A stretch of DNA of 34,601 bases, taken from contig QBUV01000094.1 of assembly GCA_013572355.1 (NCBI GenBank), positions 1 through 34,601 of the forward strand. Reading direction: 5' to 3'. The stretch's first letter is position 1; each line of letters opens with the position of its first letter. Positions 9,814 through 19,381 of this stretch are shown here, piece after piece. Both the position numbers and the translations under genes were made by a program. The notes under the pieces were generated by a model. That model made no database searches. It saw nothing but the letters and a program-made list of their open reading frames with translations, and was not told where the DNA came from. This stretch comes from Candidatus Methanogaster sp. Lineage in GTDB: Archaea; Halobacteriota; Methanosarcinia; Methanosarcinales; Methanogasteraceae.

Positions 9814-9851
9814 CGTAGCTGTTCTGCTTCACTTAGCACTTTTAGGGCGAA

Positions 9852-10766
9852 TCAGAAAGTTTCTCGCACAACAACCCCGTCCTCACTTGCCTTCGTCATG
9901 ATCGCACGCCCCCCGGCGTCGTTGATCGCCGAAGCAACCGCGTCGGCAACCGCGTCGCTGGTAAGCGCAACGATGCACCCACCACCGCCAGCGCCGGTGA
10001 TCTTCGCACCATACGCGCCCGCGTCCCTGGCAGCGTACACGAGTCGCGAGAGTTTCGCACTTCCCGCGCCGATCGCATCCAGAAGCCCGTGATCGATGTT
10101 CATCAGTTCCCCGACCGACCTGTAATCGCGTCCCTCGATTAAGGGCACGCCGATCTCTGACAGGTTGTCTATTGTATCGAATATCGAGTCCATGATTCCG
10201 GGATAGTCCTCATGCAGGATTCTGACGTTTCCCACAAGTTCTTTTGTGGAAGAGAACTCTTCTGTGTCCCCGATCACGATATCGCACTCGAGCAGCCGCA
10301 GTCTCGATGATGATACTCCGGGTTTTATCATCATGGTTCCGCCCATCGTCGAGACTGCGGTGTCGGTCGGCGATGCCGTGCCCTGGACATCCCGCTCGAT
10401 CCGGTGCCCCACCTCTGCAAGCGTGGCGCTGTCCATCATGAGCCGGAACTCGGCATTGAGCGCGCCAAGCGTTGCGATCACCGCAGCAGCCGACGATCCG
10501 AGTCCTGATCCGACCGGAATCTCCGAATTGATCCGAACCGAGACCGCAGGGACGGCGAGCGATTCGATGCACCGCGAGATGTAGGGGTGCACCATGTAAT
10601 CGATGCCTGTCGTGCCGAGAAGGGACGAGATCGTCGTCTGGTCAGATTCCGAGACCGTTGCGGTGGTGCGGAGGTTGATTGCGGATGCGATCGCACGCTT
10701 GCCGTAGACTACCGCGTGTTCGCCGAAGAGATATATTTTTCCGGGTGCAGAGCAAGTTGTGGTCAT
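9852..10766 (-). CDS. mvk: Mevalonate kinase
   Basis: APGKIYLFGEHAVVYG, PVGSGLGSSAA, AKITGAGGGG. Confidence 0.93.
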   Translation of the reverse strand: MTTTCSAPGKIYLFGEHAVVYGKRAIASAINLRTTATVSESDQTTISSLLGTTGIDYMVHPYISRCIESLAVPAVSVRINSEIPVGSGLGSSAAAVIATLGALNAEFRLMMDSATLAEVGHRIERDVQGTASPTDTAVSTMGGTMMIKPGVSSSRLRLLECDIVIGDTEEFSSTKELVGNVRILHEDYPGIMDSIFDTIDNLSEIGVPLIEGRDYRSVGELMNIDHGLLDAIGAGSAKLSRLVYAARDAGAYGAKITGAGGGGCIVALTSDAVADAVASAINDAGGRAIMTKASEDGVVVRETF

Positions 10767-10835
10767 GTTATCGCGTGTCTCTCATTTTCTATGGGGTGGT
10801 ATGTTCATTTCTTTCGTTTCAGATAATCTACGAGC

Positions 10836-11198
10836 TCAAAGTCCCAATGCGATCCGCAATCGCTCTTCTATTTCATTCATCAGATCCCTGTCCAGTTCCC
10901 CCAAAACACGCAATACAAGCGACCTATCGAGTAACGCCAACTTGTGCGTCCTGAATACCGAGCGATATTTCAAACCCGCCCCCGGAAAGGAAGAATGTCC
11001 TGGTTCAAGGATGAAATCAGTCGGGAGTAATTCTGCGGGCATCGATGATGAGACGAAAAGACAGAGAACGTCATCAAATCTTCGCATCAGGTGGTCAGGC
11101 GTAAGCACCACCGCTGGACGGACTTTTGTGTTGGTAAGGTCAGTAAACGGGTAGCGAACGAGAACTATACTACCTCGCCTTACGATTCGCTGAGCCAT
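10836..11198 (-). CDS. Type II toxin, PemK/MazF family endoribonuclease
   Basis: RGSIVLVRYPFTDLTNTKVRPAVVL, GLKYRS, C-terminal GEL...I...LRIALGL. Confidence 0.88.
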   Translation of the reverse strand: MAQRIVRRGSIVLVRYPFTDLTNTKVRPAVVLTPDHLMRRFDDVLCLFVSSSMPAELLPTDFILEPGHSSFPGAGLKYRSVFRTHKLALLDRSLVLRVLGELDRDLMNEIEERLRIALGL

Positions 11199-11437
11199 TT
11201 GACTGCCTCACCATCCTCACTGGAGTAAACATCCTCGCAACTGGCATCCAGCCAGTCGAAACTCCCGGATTCCATGACGAGCTGCATAAGTTCTTGAGTT
11301 GAGATCTCGTCAGTCAGAACCGAGAAATTCTGCAAACTCCGCCGTGCTATCACGAAAGCCGCAAAGATCTCGACTTCTGCACGTTCCTGAGGTGCCATAT
11401 TATCAAGTAATTGTGAGAGTTTTTTTGATACAGGCAT
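11180..11437 (-). CDS. Putative cognate antitoxin (acidic C-terminus, DUF2281-like)
   Basis: 85 aa, GAGGTGA RBS, upstream of and overlapping the toxin by 19 nt, acidic tail SFDWLDASCEDVYSSEDG. Confidence 0.7.
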   Translation of the reverse strand: MPVSKKLSQLLDNMAPQERAEVEIFAAFVIARRSLQNFSVLTDEISTQELMQLVMESGSFDWLDASCEDVYSSEDGEAVKWLSES

Positions 11438-11533
11438 AATTCACCTCTCTATCATTATTTCCTAAATAATTTACCTTTACGCCACAATGGTTTAAATAAT
11501 AAATTTGCCTGCCCGACTATACCGCACACAAAA

Positions 11534-13255
11534 TCAACCCCCGCCTTTCGCGACCCCGATCAGCTGTTTCGTGTACGGGTGCTCAGGATTTGCGATGACA
11601 CGGTGTGCTGGCGCGTTCTCCACGATCTTGCCACCATGCAGCACCGCGATCCGGTCGCTCACCTTGCGTGCAACCCCGATGTCGTGCGTCACAAAGAGCA
11701 TGGAGATGCCACGCTCGTTCTGCAGGTCGAGGAGGAGCCTCAGAACCTTTGCCTGGACGCTCGAGTCAAGGAAGGACGTCGATTCATCCGCGATGAGTAG
11801 ATGTGGCTTCATTATCAGCGCACGTGCTATAGCCACCCGCTGCAACTCACCTCCGCTTAATTCATGCGGATATTTCTGCAGAAAATACTCATCAACCGGC
11901 AGTTGCACCTCTCGAAGCGCGCTTTCAATCCTATCCCCGGATTCGTCATCGAATTCTCCGTGTATGTGCAGGGGCTCTGCAATCGCCTCAGACACCGTGA
12001 ACCTGTGACTGATCGAGTCCCTTGGTGACTGGTAGACGATCCCAACCGTTTTTGCAAACTCTTTCCGGTCGATATCTGAAACCCCCCTCCCTCGAAAGAG
12101 AATCTCCCCGCTATCCGGCTTGATCGTGCCTGCGATCAGGTATGCAAGCGTGGTCTTCCCGGAGCCGGTCTCGCCCACGAGTGCGAGTATCTCACCCTCG
12201 TCAAGCGTAAGAGAGATGTCGCTTAAGACCCGGAGGTCTTTGTATGACTTCGAGACGTCTTTCACAGATACCATGGTCGCTATGCCGCCGCGGTGGCAGA
12301 CGACATAACCATAGTCCTCCTTTACACTACTATCCCCCCTCGGCACCGCCTGCGGTTCTTTCTGCGAGCAGACACCGATCGACTGCGTACATCTCGGCTG
12401 GAAGATGCAACAGCTACGCTCGCTGGATCGGGAAAACATGGATGGCGGAACTCCCCTCACACCTGCAAGGTCTTTAGCACGCTCCATCATAGGAAACGAC
12501 CGGACAAGCGCACGGGTGTACGGATGGCGTGGCGCATCCAGGAGTTCATGGGATGGCAGGGATTCGAGAATGCTCCCGAAATAGAGCACCTCGCAGCGAT
12601 CAGAGCAGATGGGCACAAAGGAGAGGTCATGGGTTATCAGAAGCACCGCCTTACCTGCATCCACCTGTTCGTTTATCACCTCGGCAAGGTACGATTTCGT
12701 GATCGCATCGACAGATGCAACAGGTTCGTCGAGCACGAGGATTCCCGGGTCTGTGATCAGCGCCATCGCCATCAGGACCCGCTGGCGTTCGCCGGCACTG
12801 ATCTGGTGCGGGTACAGGATATCGCGCCCCGCTTTTATCTTTAAGTAATCAAGCATCCTTTCGGACCGCTCCCGTGCAATACTCCGGGATTCCCCGTTCT
12901 TGATCAGCGGTTCGGCGACCTGATCGATGATCCGGTGAACCGGGTTTAGCACGTCCCCGTAATTCTGGAACACGATAGCGATCTCATTCCACCTGATCGT
13001 TTCCATCTCCGAATCGGAAAGACCGGATACATCGGTGCCGCCCACCAGAACCTGCCCCGTCATCACAGCGTTTGGTGCCAGGAGTTTCATGGAAGCGAGT
13101 GCGAGCGTCGACTTTCCGGAACCGGACTCCCCGACCACGGAAACGCACTCTCCCTCATTTATTTTAATAGATATGTTGTCCAGGGCAGTAATGTGGTCAT
13201 CAGGCGAACCTGATACACCGTACCGCACATTCAGATTCTTAAATTGGAGTGACAT
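11534..13255 (-). CDS. ABC transporter ATP-binding protein, fused double NBD (Dpp/Opp/Nik family)
   Basis: Walker A GESGSGKST and GETGSGKTT, signatures ISAGERQR and LSGGELQR, HPYT motifs, Cys-rich linker. Confidence 0.93.
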   Translation of the reverse strand: MSLQFKNLNVRYGVSGSPDDHITALDNISIKINEGECVSVVGESGSGKSTLALASMKLLAPNAVMTGQVLVGGTDVSGLSDSEMETIRWNEIAIVFQNYGDVLNPVHRIIDQVAEPLIKNGESRSIARERSERMLDYLKIKAGRDILYPHQISAGERQRVLMAMALITDPGILVLDEPVASVDAITKSYLAEVINEQVDAGKAVLLITHDLSFVPICSDRCEVLYFGSILESLPSHELLDAPRHPYTRALVRSFPMMERAKDLAGVRGVPPSMFSRSSERSCCIFQPRCTQSIGVCSQKEPQAVPRGDSSVKEDYGYVVCHRGGIATMVSVKDVSKSYKDLRVLSDISLTLDEGEILALVGETGSGKTTLAYLIAGTIKPDSGEILFRGRGVSDIDRKEFAKTVGIVYQSPRDSISHRFTVSEAIAEPLHIHGEFDDESGDRIESALREVQLPVDEYFLQKYPHELSGGELQRVAIARALIMKPHLLIADESTSFLDSSVQAKVLRLLLDLQNERGISMLFVTHDIGVARKVSDRIAVLHGGKIVENAPAHRVIANPEHPYTKQLIGVAKGGG

Positions 13256-14096
13256 TGTTCCTCCGCAGTCTCGGATCGAATATCTCCTCTATCGCGTAAG
13301 ATATGAGTCCGAGCGAGATGATAAGCAGTGAAAGTGCGACAACTGGCGGAAGCAGCCAGTTGAACCAGACGCCGAAACACGGATCTAGGTAGCGCATCGC
13401 ATAACTCATCATGATCCCGAGACTCTTTGTGGTCGGATCGAATATTCCGAGGAATGATAAGCCTGCTTCCATGAAGACCGCGATCCGGGCTTTTGTGACA
13501 AAACCCATAGCATACAGCGGAAAGAGTTCTGGCATGATGTGCTTGTACATGATATAGCTCGTCGGTGCGCCCGTGTTCTTTGCAGCTTTTACATACAGCT
13601 TCGTCTTAAGCGAGAGCGTTTGTGCCCGCATCCCTCTTGCTATGGTCTGCCACAGCACAAGCGAGAGTGCAATTATCAGAACGGTGGTGGACGGCTTGAA
13701 GTACGCTGCAATCAGTATCAGTACCATGATCGTTGGTATCGCAAGCAGGGCATCAGCGAGCCTCATGACGATCATGTCATACATCCCGCCGATCAACGCG
13801 GCAGAGACGCCGAGTACGATCCCGATCGTGCAGGTGATGGTTGCAACCGCTATTCCGAAGAGAATCGAGGTTCGAAGTGCCCACAGAAGCTCGCTGAATA
13901 TGTCATAGCCGATATCATTGGTTCCGAGAAGGTGTTCCCTCGATGGCGGCTGGAACGCTGAGGCTGAGTAATCCCATGGATCGTGTGGTGCGATTACCGG
14001 GGCAAGGATCGCTGTTGTGAATAAGAATAAGATTAGCACGAGTCCGGCGACACCGATTTTATCCTTTGCAAACTCTTGGAATGGTTTAATATGCAT
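13239..14096 (-). CDS. ABC transporter permease (DppC/OppC/NikC-like)
   Basis: HLLGTNDIGYDIFS, EAA-like loop YVKAAKNTGA, LSFLG. Confidence 0.92.
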   Translation of the reverse strand: MHIKPFQEFAKDKIGVAGLVLILFLFTTAILAPVIAPHDPWDYSASAFQPPSREHLLGTNDIGYDIFSELLWALRTSILFGIAVATITCTIGIVLGVSAALIGGMYDMIVMRLADALLAIPTIMVLILIAAYFKPSTTVLIIALSLVLWQTIARGMRAQTLSLKTKLYVKAAKNTGAPTSYIMYKHIMPELFPLYAMGFVTKARIAVFMEAGLSFLGIFDPTTKSLGIMMSYAMRYLDPCFGVWFNWLLPPVVALSLLIISLGLISYAIEEIFDPRLRRNNVTPI

Positions 14097-15060
14097 ATCC
14101 AACCCTCGGATCGATCTTTTTATACATCAGGTCAACAACAATGTTAATCAGGAGTACCAGAATCACTGATACCGTGAGAATCCCCTGCATCAGTGGCAGA
14201 TCACGGTTCGATATCGCATGATACGTCAGAAGCCCGAGTCCAGGGTATGCAAAGATAGTTTCGATGAAAAGCGCGCCCGTTATGAGGTATGCGATCCTGA
14301 TACCGATCCTTGTTGCGAACGGGAGTATCGCATTCCTTGCAGCGTGAAGATACTTTATCCTGCGATTTTTGATGCCCTTCGCACGGGCTGTGAGCACGTA
14401 GGGCTCGCGAATCGTGAGCAGCATGCTGTTCCTGATCAGGAGATAGTCGCCAGGGATCATGGAGAGCGTGAGCGTTGCAAGCGGCAGCACCAGGTGCCAG
14501 AGGACGTCTTTGATATACTCGATGCCCTCTGCACCCGAGTACGGTGTCATTGCGCCTGTACTCGGAAACCATCCGAAGTACAGGCAGAATACCGTAAGCG
14601 ATGTGATGCCGATTGCGAGAGACGGGATGCCGTCGAGTAGCAGCATGAACGTGAGGAGCGTTTTGTCGAACCGTCCGCCGCGCCGCCACGAACTCTCAAC
14701 GCCCAGCACGATTCCCGCAACGGCTGACAGAATAAACGAGGTTCCCACAAGAAGCAGCGTCCACGGCAGCGCACCCATTATGAGATCCGCAGTGGATGCG
14801 TGGCAGATGTATGAATATCCAAGATCTCCGTGTGCGAGCTCTGTGAGGTATATAAAGAACTGTTCGTGAAGCGGCAGGTCGAGCCCGTGCATCCTGACGA
14901 GTTCCGCATACATCTCTTCAGTCATCAACGTCTCGTGACCGCTGTACATCGCAAGTATTGCGTCACCTGGCAGAAGCCGCGGTAACAGGAAATTGAGGAA
15001 AAGGAGGATAAAGATGGTTAGTAGATAGGCTACTACCATCTTCATCGTCCTGTTTCGCAT
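14086..15060 (-). CDS. ABC transporter permease (DppB/OppB/NikB-like)
   Basis: RLLPGD, GLDLPL..QF, GDLGYS, YVLTARAKG, ETIFAYPGLG. Confidence 0.92.
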   Translation of the reverse strand: MRNRTMKMVVAYLLTIFILLFLNFLLPRLLPGDAILAMYSGHETLMTEEMYAELVRMHGLDLPLHEQFFIYLTELAHGDLGYSYICHASTADLIMGALPWTLLLVGTSFILSAVAGIVLGVESSWRRGGRFDKTLLTFMLLLDGIPSLAIGITSLTVFCLYFGWFPSTGAMTPYSGAEGIEYIKDVLWHLVLPLATLTLSMIPGDYLLIRNSMLLTIREPYVLTARAKGIKNRRIKYLHAARNAILPFATRIGIRIAYLITGALFIETIFAYPGLGLLTYHAISNRDLPLMQGILTVSVILVLLINIVVDLMYKKIDPRVGYAY

Positions 15061-15061
15061 G

Positions 15062-16816
15062 TTATGGCTTCCTGTTAGAGCGTTTCATCTGCACGATCGC
15101 GAATGCTGTCAGAATTGCGATCACCGCTAAACCCGGCGCGATCGGGGTCGCCTCTGCAGCAGTCCCGGTTTCTGTGGCTGTTGTTTCTGTTGCTTCTGCT
15201 ATTTCACCTGACATAGCGCCATCCCCTATCAGAGCGATCTTGTTCTGCGGGATCGGGATTCCTTTGGCGATTCCTCCGGTCGTGTAGAACCATTCGACTC
15301 CGGCGTCCGGACTGTATGCGTAATACCATGTCGGGTAATACAGCGAGATCGCGGGAAGTTCCCGTGCATATACGTTCTGGGATTCATGGACCGCAGCAAG
15401 CCTCTTTTCGGGATCCATCTCGTGCATCAGATCGTCCAGAAGTTCGTTTAACTCCTCGCTCTTGTTATATCTGGCAGTATTCGGACTTGTCTTGGCTCCC
15501 GGAACCTGCACGACCTTCTCGTAGAGAATCTTTGGATCGCCGCCGATGCCACCGTGTCCTGAGATTGCGAGATCAAAGTCCCAGTTGATCACTTTTGTAT
15601 CGACCACCTTTGTGTCAAGGGAGGTAAGATCGATCCGTATTCCAACTTTTTCGAGCTGGTTTTTGAGGATCTCCCCGTCCCGGTCAGGCGTGGGCTGTCC
15701 ACCGACACCGATCATCGAGACGAGCACCTGAAGTTGCAGGGGCTTACCGTCCTTTGTGAAAACGCCATCCTCCCAGACGTAGCCGAGCGTTGAGATCATT
15801 TCCTTCGCCTTATCGGGATTGTACGGGTAGTCAGGAACGTTCGGGCTTGCCCACACGCTCTCAGATGAGATCAGTCCATAACTTGCAGGCTTTCCGTGCC
15901 CTCTCAAAGATTTATCCACAAACTCACTCTGGTTGATCGCATAACAAAGAGCCTGCCTGAATACGATATTATCAAGCGGCTCCCTGTTGTGGTTGATCAT
16001 CAGGTTCTTGTTCCAGTAATGCGGACCCTCTATCACGACAAATCCAAGCCCTCCAATAGTATCTGCCATATCAGGTTTCACATCAGCAAAATCGACCTCG
16101 CCGTGCTGAAGCGCCATCTGTGGGTCGCCTGCCTTCACATAGATCAGCCGGTCAATGATCGGTCTTCCGAGATAATATTCGTCGAATGCCTCGTACCGGT
16201 ATGTTCCGTGCTCCTTACTGAAATCGGCGTACTTGAAAGGACCGCATCCGATGAAGGCACCCGCCTCCACAAAGTCCATCGGGTTTGCAACGTCTTTCCA
16301 GATATGTTCTGGCAGAATCGGCATCGTGCCGCCGATATCCTCCATAAACGGCGCATACGGGCCGCTCATGTATATCTTAACCGTGTGCGGACCTATCACT
16401 TCTGCCCTGTCAACGCTATCGAGAACTGTCCAGCCATAAGGATGCTCCTTCATGTACGCTATGGTGAAGGCGACATCATCGGCAGTCACTGGCTCACCGT
16501 CGTGCCACTTTGCATTCTCTGCCAGATTAAAGACGTAAACATCTTCTTCGGGAGAGTATTCCCAGTCTTCTGCCAGCAAGGGAATCGGACCCGTGGTCTC
16601 ATTCTTCCACACAAGCGTATCAAAGATGAAATGCATCCTCACGTATCCAGGTCCCCGTGAATAAGCCAGATACGGGGACGGATTTCCCCAATCGCCTGCT
16701 TTATCTGCGATCCTGACCTCTCGCTCCGCAGCAGCACTGATTGCGGGCGTGAGCAGACAGAGGCAGATTATTGCGGATGCGATCAGTATCAATGATGCGA
16801 TCAGTATCCGCCTCAT
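15062..16816 (-). CDS. ABC transporter substrate-binding protein, family 5 (peptide/nickel), with Thr-rich linker and C-terminal membrane anchor
   Basis: Signal peptide, IFDTLV, KWHDGEPVTADDVAFT, IGCGPFK, FRQALCYAIN; ATG overlaps the fmdE stop (ATGA). Confidence 0.9.
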   Translation of the reverse strand: MRRILIASLILIASAIICLCLLTPAISAAAEREVRIADKAGDWGNPSPYLAYSRGPGYVRMHFIFDTLVWKNETTGPIPLLAEDWEYSPEEDVYVFNLAENAKWHDGEPVTADDVAFTIAYMKEHPYGWTVLDSVDRAEVIGPHTVKIYMSGPYAPFMEDIGGTMPILPEHIWKDVANPMDFVEAGAFIGCGPFKYADFSKEHGTYRYEAFDEYYLGRPIIDRLIYVKAGDPQMALQHGEVDFADVKPDMADTIGGLGFVVIEGPHYWNKNLMINHNREPLDNIVFRQALCYAINQSEFVDKSLRGHGKPASYGLISSESVWASPNVPDYPYNPDKAKEMISTLGYVWEDGVFTKDGKPLQLQVLVSMIGVGGQPTPDRDGEILKNQLEKVGIRIDLTSLDTKVVDTKVINWDFDLAISGHGGIGGDPKILYEKVVQVPGAKTSPNTARYNKSEELNELLDDLMHEMDPEKRLAAVHESQNVYARELPAISLYYPTWYYAYSPDAGVEWFYTTGGIAKGIPIPQNKIALIGDGAMSGEIAEATETTATETGTAAEATPIAPGLAVIAILTAFAIVQMKRSNRKP

Positions 16817-17418
16817 TTCATCAACTCCTCGAAACACGGGATGCAGTGTGGTGCACCGTCCAGAAGCCGGATCCGCGTCTCCATCACAGGTTCGCCGCAG
16901 CTATCGCAGCATATCGATTCGTGGATATGCGCCATCGGTAGCGGTTCCGGAGTGATCACCTCTATGCTCAGAAGATCCGCTTCCGGGAGATCCAGTAGCG
17001 CATTACTTTTTTCGATGTGTAACCGCTTGAACTCCTCCATTTCAGCAGGAGTTGCTGTTTTCTCTTTGACTTTGGCGAAGAGGTCCAGATGATGTTTGTC
17101 CGTTATGACTGCCCCTTCCTTGACGGAAATCCTAATTGCCTTCTGGTTTTCACGGTTCATGAACGTATAGACGTATTTACCATAATCCTTGAAGATCAGG
17201 TTTCCTTTGCCAAACGTACAGCCAGTCAGCACCTGGATGGCATCCACGCCGCAGGAGCTGTTCTCGACGATTGCGACCATCTCCTCGTCCTTAGCAGGCT
17301 TCCCCAGTTCTCTCAACGCAACCAGAGAGACCCGTAGCCCCATCGCAAGTCCGGGGCACTGGTGTCCGTGAAACCGGATAGCAGTCTCGAGTATGGATTT
17401 AGTATCAGTAGAGTCCAT
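16813..17418 (-). CDS. fmdE: FmdE/FwdE family protein with C-terminal zinc finger
   Basis: FHGHQCPG, CGVDAIQVLTGCTFGKGNL, CDSCGE...CIPC. Confidence 0.88.
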   Translation of the reverse strand: MDSTDTKSILETAIRFHGHQCPGLAMGLRVSLVALRELGKPAKDEEMVAIVENSSCGVDAIQVLTGCTFGKGNLIFKDYGKYVYTFMNRENQKAIRISVKEGAVITDKHHLDLFAKVKEKTATPAEMEEFKRLHIEKSNALLDLPEADLLSIEVITPEPLPMAHIHESICCDSCGEPVMETRIRLLDGAPHCIPCFEELMK

Positions 17419-17570
17419 GTCCTACGCTACTTATTGATACTATTAAAAGTTTTTGTTGAATGATTTATCAGGAGTCGGCGAAAGTTTTATATGACATGAA
17501 ATTATTGTGTTTTGGAAGTAGCAGCAATAACTACTATATATGTAACAAAAGCGTATGAGGTATAAATAAA

Positions 17571-18761
17571 ATGGACAGAAATAACACTTTAAAATCGATA
17601 ACTATCAGCATAATGCTGGTGCTATCGATCGTAGCGCTATGTACCGGCACCGTATCTGCAAAACCGATAGAGATACGGGCTATGCCGGGATCGATCACAA
17701 CCGGTTCTGATATGATTCTCGATGGGTTTAATTTCTCGGCGTTGCAGTATTCTATTAAGAAGCCGCTCCCCAACGCCACTGTAGAATTCCTCGACCTCCA
17801 CTTCGCCAGTAACGGGACGATCAAAGAAGACGATGCGGTTTACACGACAAATACGTGCAAGGGCCCTACTATGCGGTTTATCTGGTTCATGGGCTGCGAA
17901 TACCGCTCGCTCGATCCGGATAAGGCGAATCTCTTGAGTAAGATACTGATCTGTTTCGACAAATATGATGCGCCGGAGGAGGGCAATACAAAGAAGACCC
18001 TGGCAACCGGCGAGATCTGGGAGCTTAAGGAAGGGTACAGTCTTGTGGCATCGCAGGTTGATCTCAAAGGTAATAAAGTGTATCTAAATATTTATAAAAA
18101 TGGTGAAGCTGTGTACGATGAGGTTCTCCAACCAGGGGACTATTTCGTGTACAACGAGACCATCGACGATGTGGAGGACATTACCCTCTTCACGTGCCAC
18201 GTTGATTCGGCGTTCCGCGGAACCGATTCCAATGTCGTGATACTGAGTGTGGTGAGACAGTACTCGGATAATCCGAAGAAGATTGAGATCGGCGATGAGT
18301 ACGGGGACTTTGAGGTGAAAGAGATCACAGGTACGATGATCCAACTCAGGAACGCCAACACGATATCCTTTTCGCGCTTTGAACGAGCGGAACTGCTTGG
18401 CGATTGGATTAAGTTTAGGGTTTCTGAGAATGGATGGTGGGGCTATGCATATACCGAAAAAGAGTGCGCAGCTCCGGAAGTTAAGGGATCTACCGGAAAC
18501 CCGGAGTCATCACCAGTCGAGACTGTGGTAGCAGACAGCACCCCAGCCACCACGCCAACCAGTGTGGCAGATACAGATACCGGCGGCGACACTTCCGAAG
18601 ACGCGCCCGCCGCACCCCCTGATGATACCAGTGCAACGGAAAACAATCCTGCGACGGAGACTGGAACTGATGCCGCGCATCCGGAATCTGTTCCGGGTTT
18701 CGGGGTTCTCTCTGTTATCGCTGGACTTTTTGCAGTTGCCTGCATTAGACGGCTGAAGTGA
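17571..18761 (+). CDS. Methanosarcinales S-layer-domain (DUF1608-like) protein with PGF-CTERM
   Basis: Signal peptide, LATGEIWELKEGYSL..SQVDLKGNKV, VDSAFRG, T/D/P-rich linker, VPGFG-TM-RRLK. Confidence 0.8.
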   Translation: MDRNNTLKSITISIMLVLSIVALCTGTVSAKPIEIRAMPGSITTGSDMILDGFNFSALQYSIKKPLPNATVEFLDLHFASNGTIKEDDAVYTTNTCKGPTMRFIWFMGCEYRSLDPDKANLLSKILICFDKYDAPEEGNTKKTLATGEIWELKEGYSLVASQVDLKGNKVYLNIYKNGEAVYDEVLQPGDYFVYNETIDDVEDITLFTCHVDSAFRGTDSNVVILSVVRQYSDNPKKIEIGDEYGDFEVKEITGTMIQLRNANTISFSRFERAELLGDWIKFRVSENGWWGYAYTEKECAAPEVKGSTGNPESSPVETVVADSTPATTPTSVADTDTGGDTSEDAPAAPPDDTSATENNPATETGTDAAHPESVPGFGVLSVIAGLFAVACIRRLK

Positions 18762-18787
18762 AAGAGGTGGATACCACAGACTCTTGC

Positions 18788-18821
18788 AAGACCTGTGACA
18801 GATGTTCTACAGGTCTTTTTT
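18788..18821 (+). terminator. Hairpin plus T-run downstream of the S-layer gene
   Basis: AAGACCTGT (18788-18796) pairs with ACAGGTCTT (18809-18817), followed by TTTT. Confidence 0.6.
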
Positions 18822-18984
18822 ACTTTATCGAAGGCAGAGGGCAGATGTGCCAGATGCATCCCGAGCAGAATCAGCCGACGGGGTGGGAACTGTGATCGGT
18901 TATGGGCGGCGGCAGCAGCTCTGTAAACCGAATAGGTTAATATAGAAGGATGTTATAGATTAACATAATTACACAGGTGATTTC

Positions 18985-19380
18985 ATGGCCAATAGAAATA
19001 TTATAGAAAGGATACTTGGTCCGCCGATGCCGAAAAAATCTGTAGACCCTGATAAGTATCACAATATCAGTCTCGATGACTACGATGAGGTCATAGAAGA
19101 TGCGCCGGCGGAGACGTACATACGTGTTGCGGAACTGAGCAATCTCGATGGAATTCCCGATCTAAGAAAGGAGATATACGACGGAAATATCGTGATTGTC
19201 GATATCTCGCTGATAAAGCGGGACAAGATGATACTCGAACGCGCGCTTCGTGACCTGCGTGATGTGGTAAGTGATGTTCATGGGGATATTGCAGGACTCG
19301 GCGAGGATATGGTGATCACGACTCCGACAGGCATCAAGATCGATCGTACACGGCTTGGTGGGCAGACAACGGCATATTGA
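18985..19380 (+). CDS. sepF: Cell division protein SepF
   Basis: Amphipathic N-terminus, EIYDGNIVIVDIS, GDIAGLGE..VITTPTGIKIDR; AGGTGA RBS. Confidence 0.9.
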   Translation: MANRNIIERILGPPMPKKSVDPDKYHNISLDDYDEVIEDAPAETYIRVAELSNLDGIPDLRKEIYDGNIVIVDISLIKRDKMILERALRDLRDVVSDVHGDIAGLGEDMVITTPTGIKIDRTRLGGQTTAY

Positions 19381-19381
19381 T

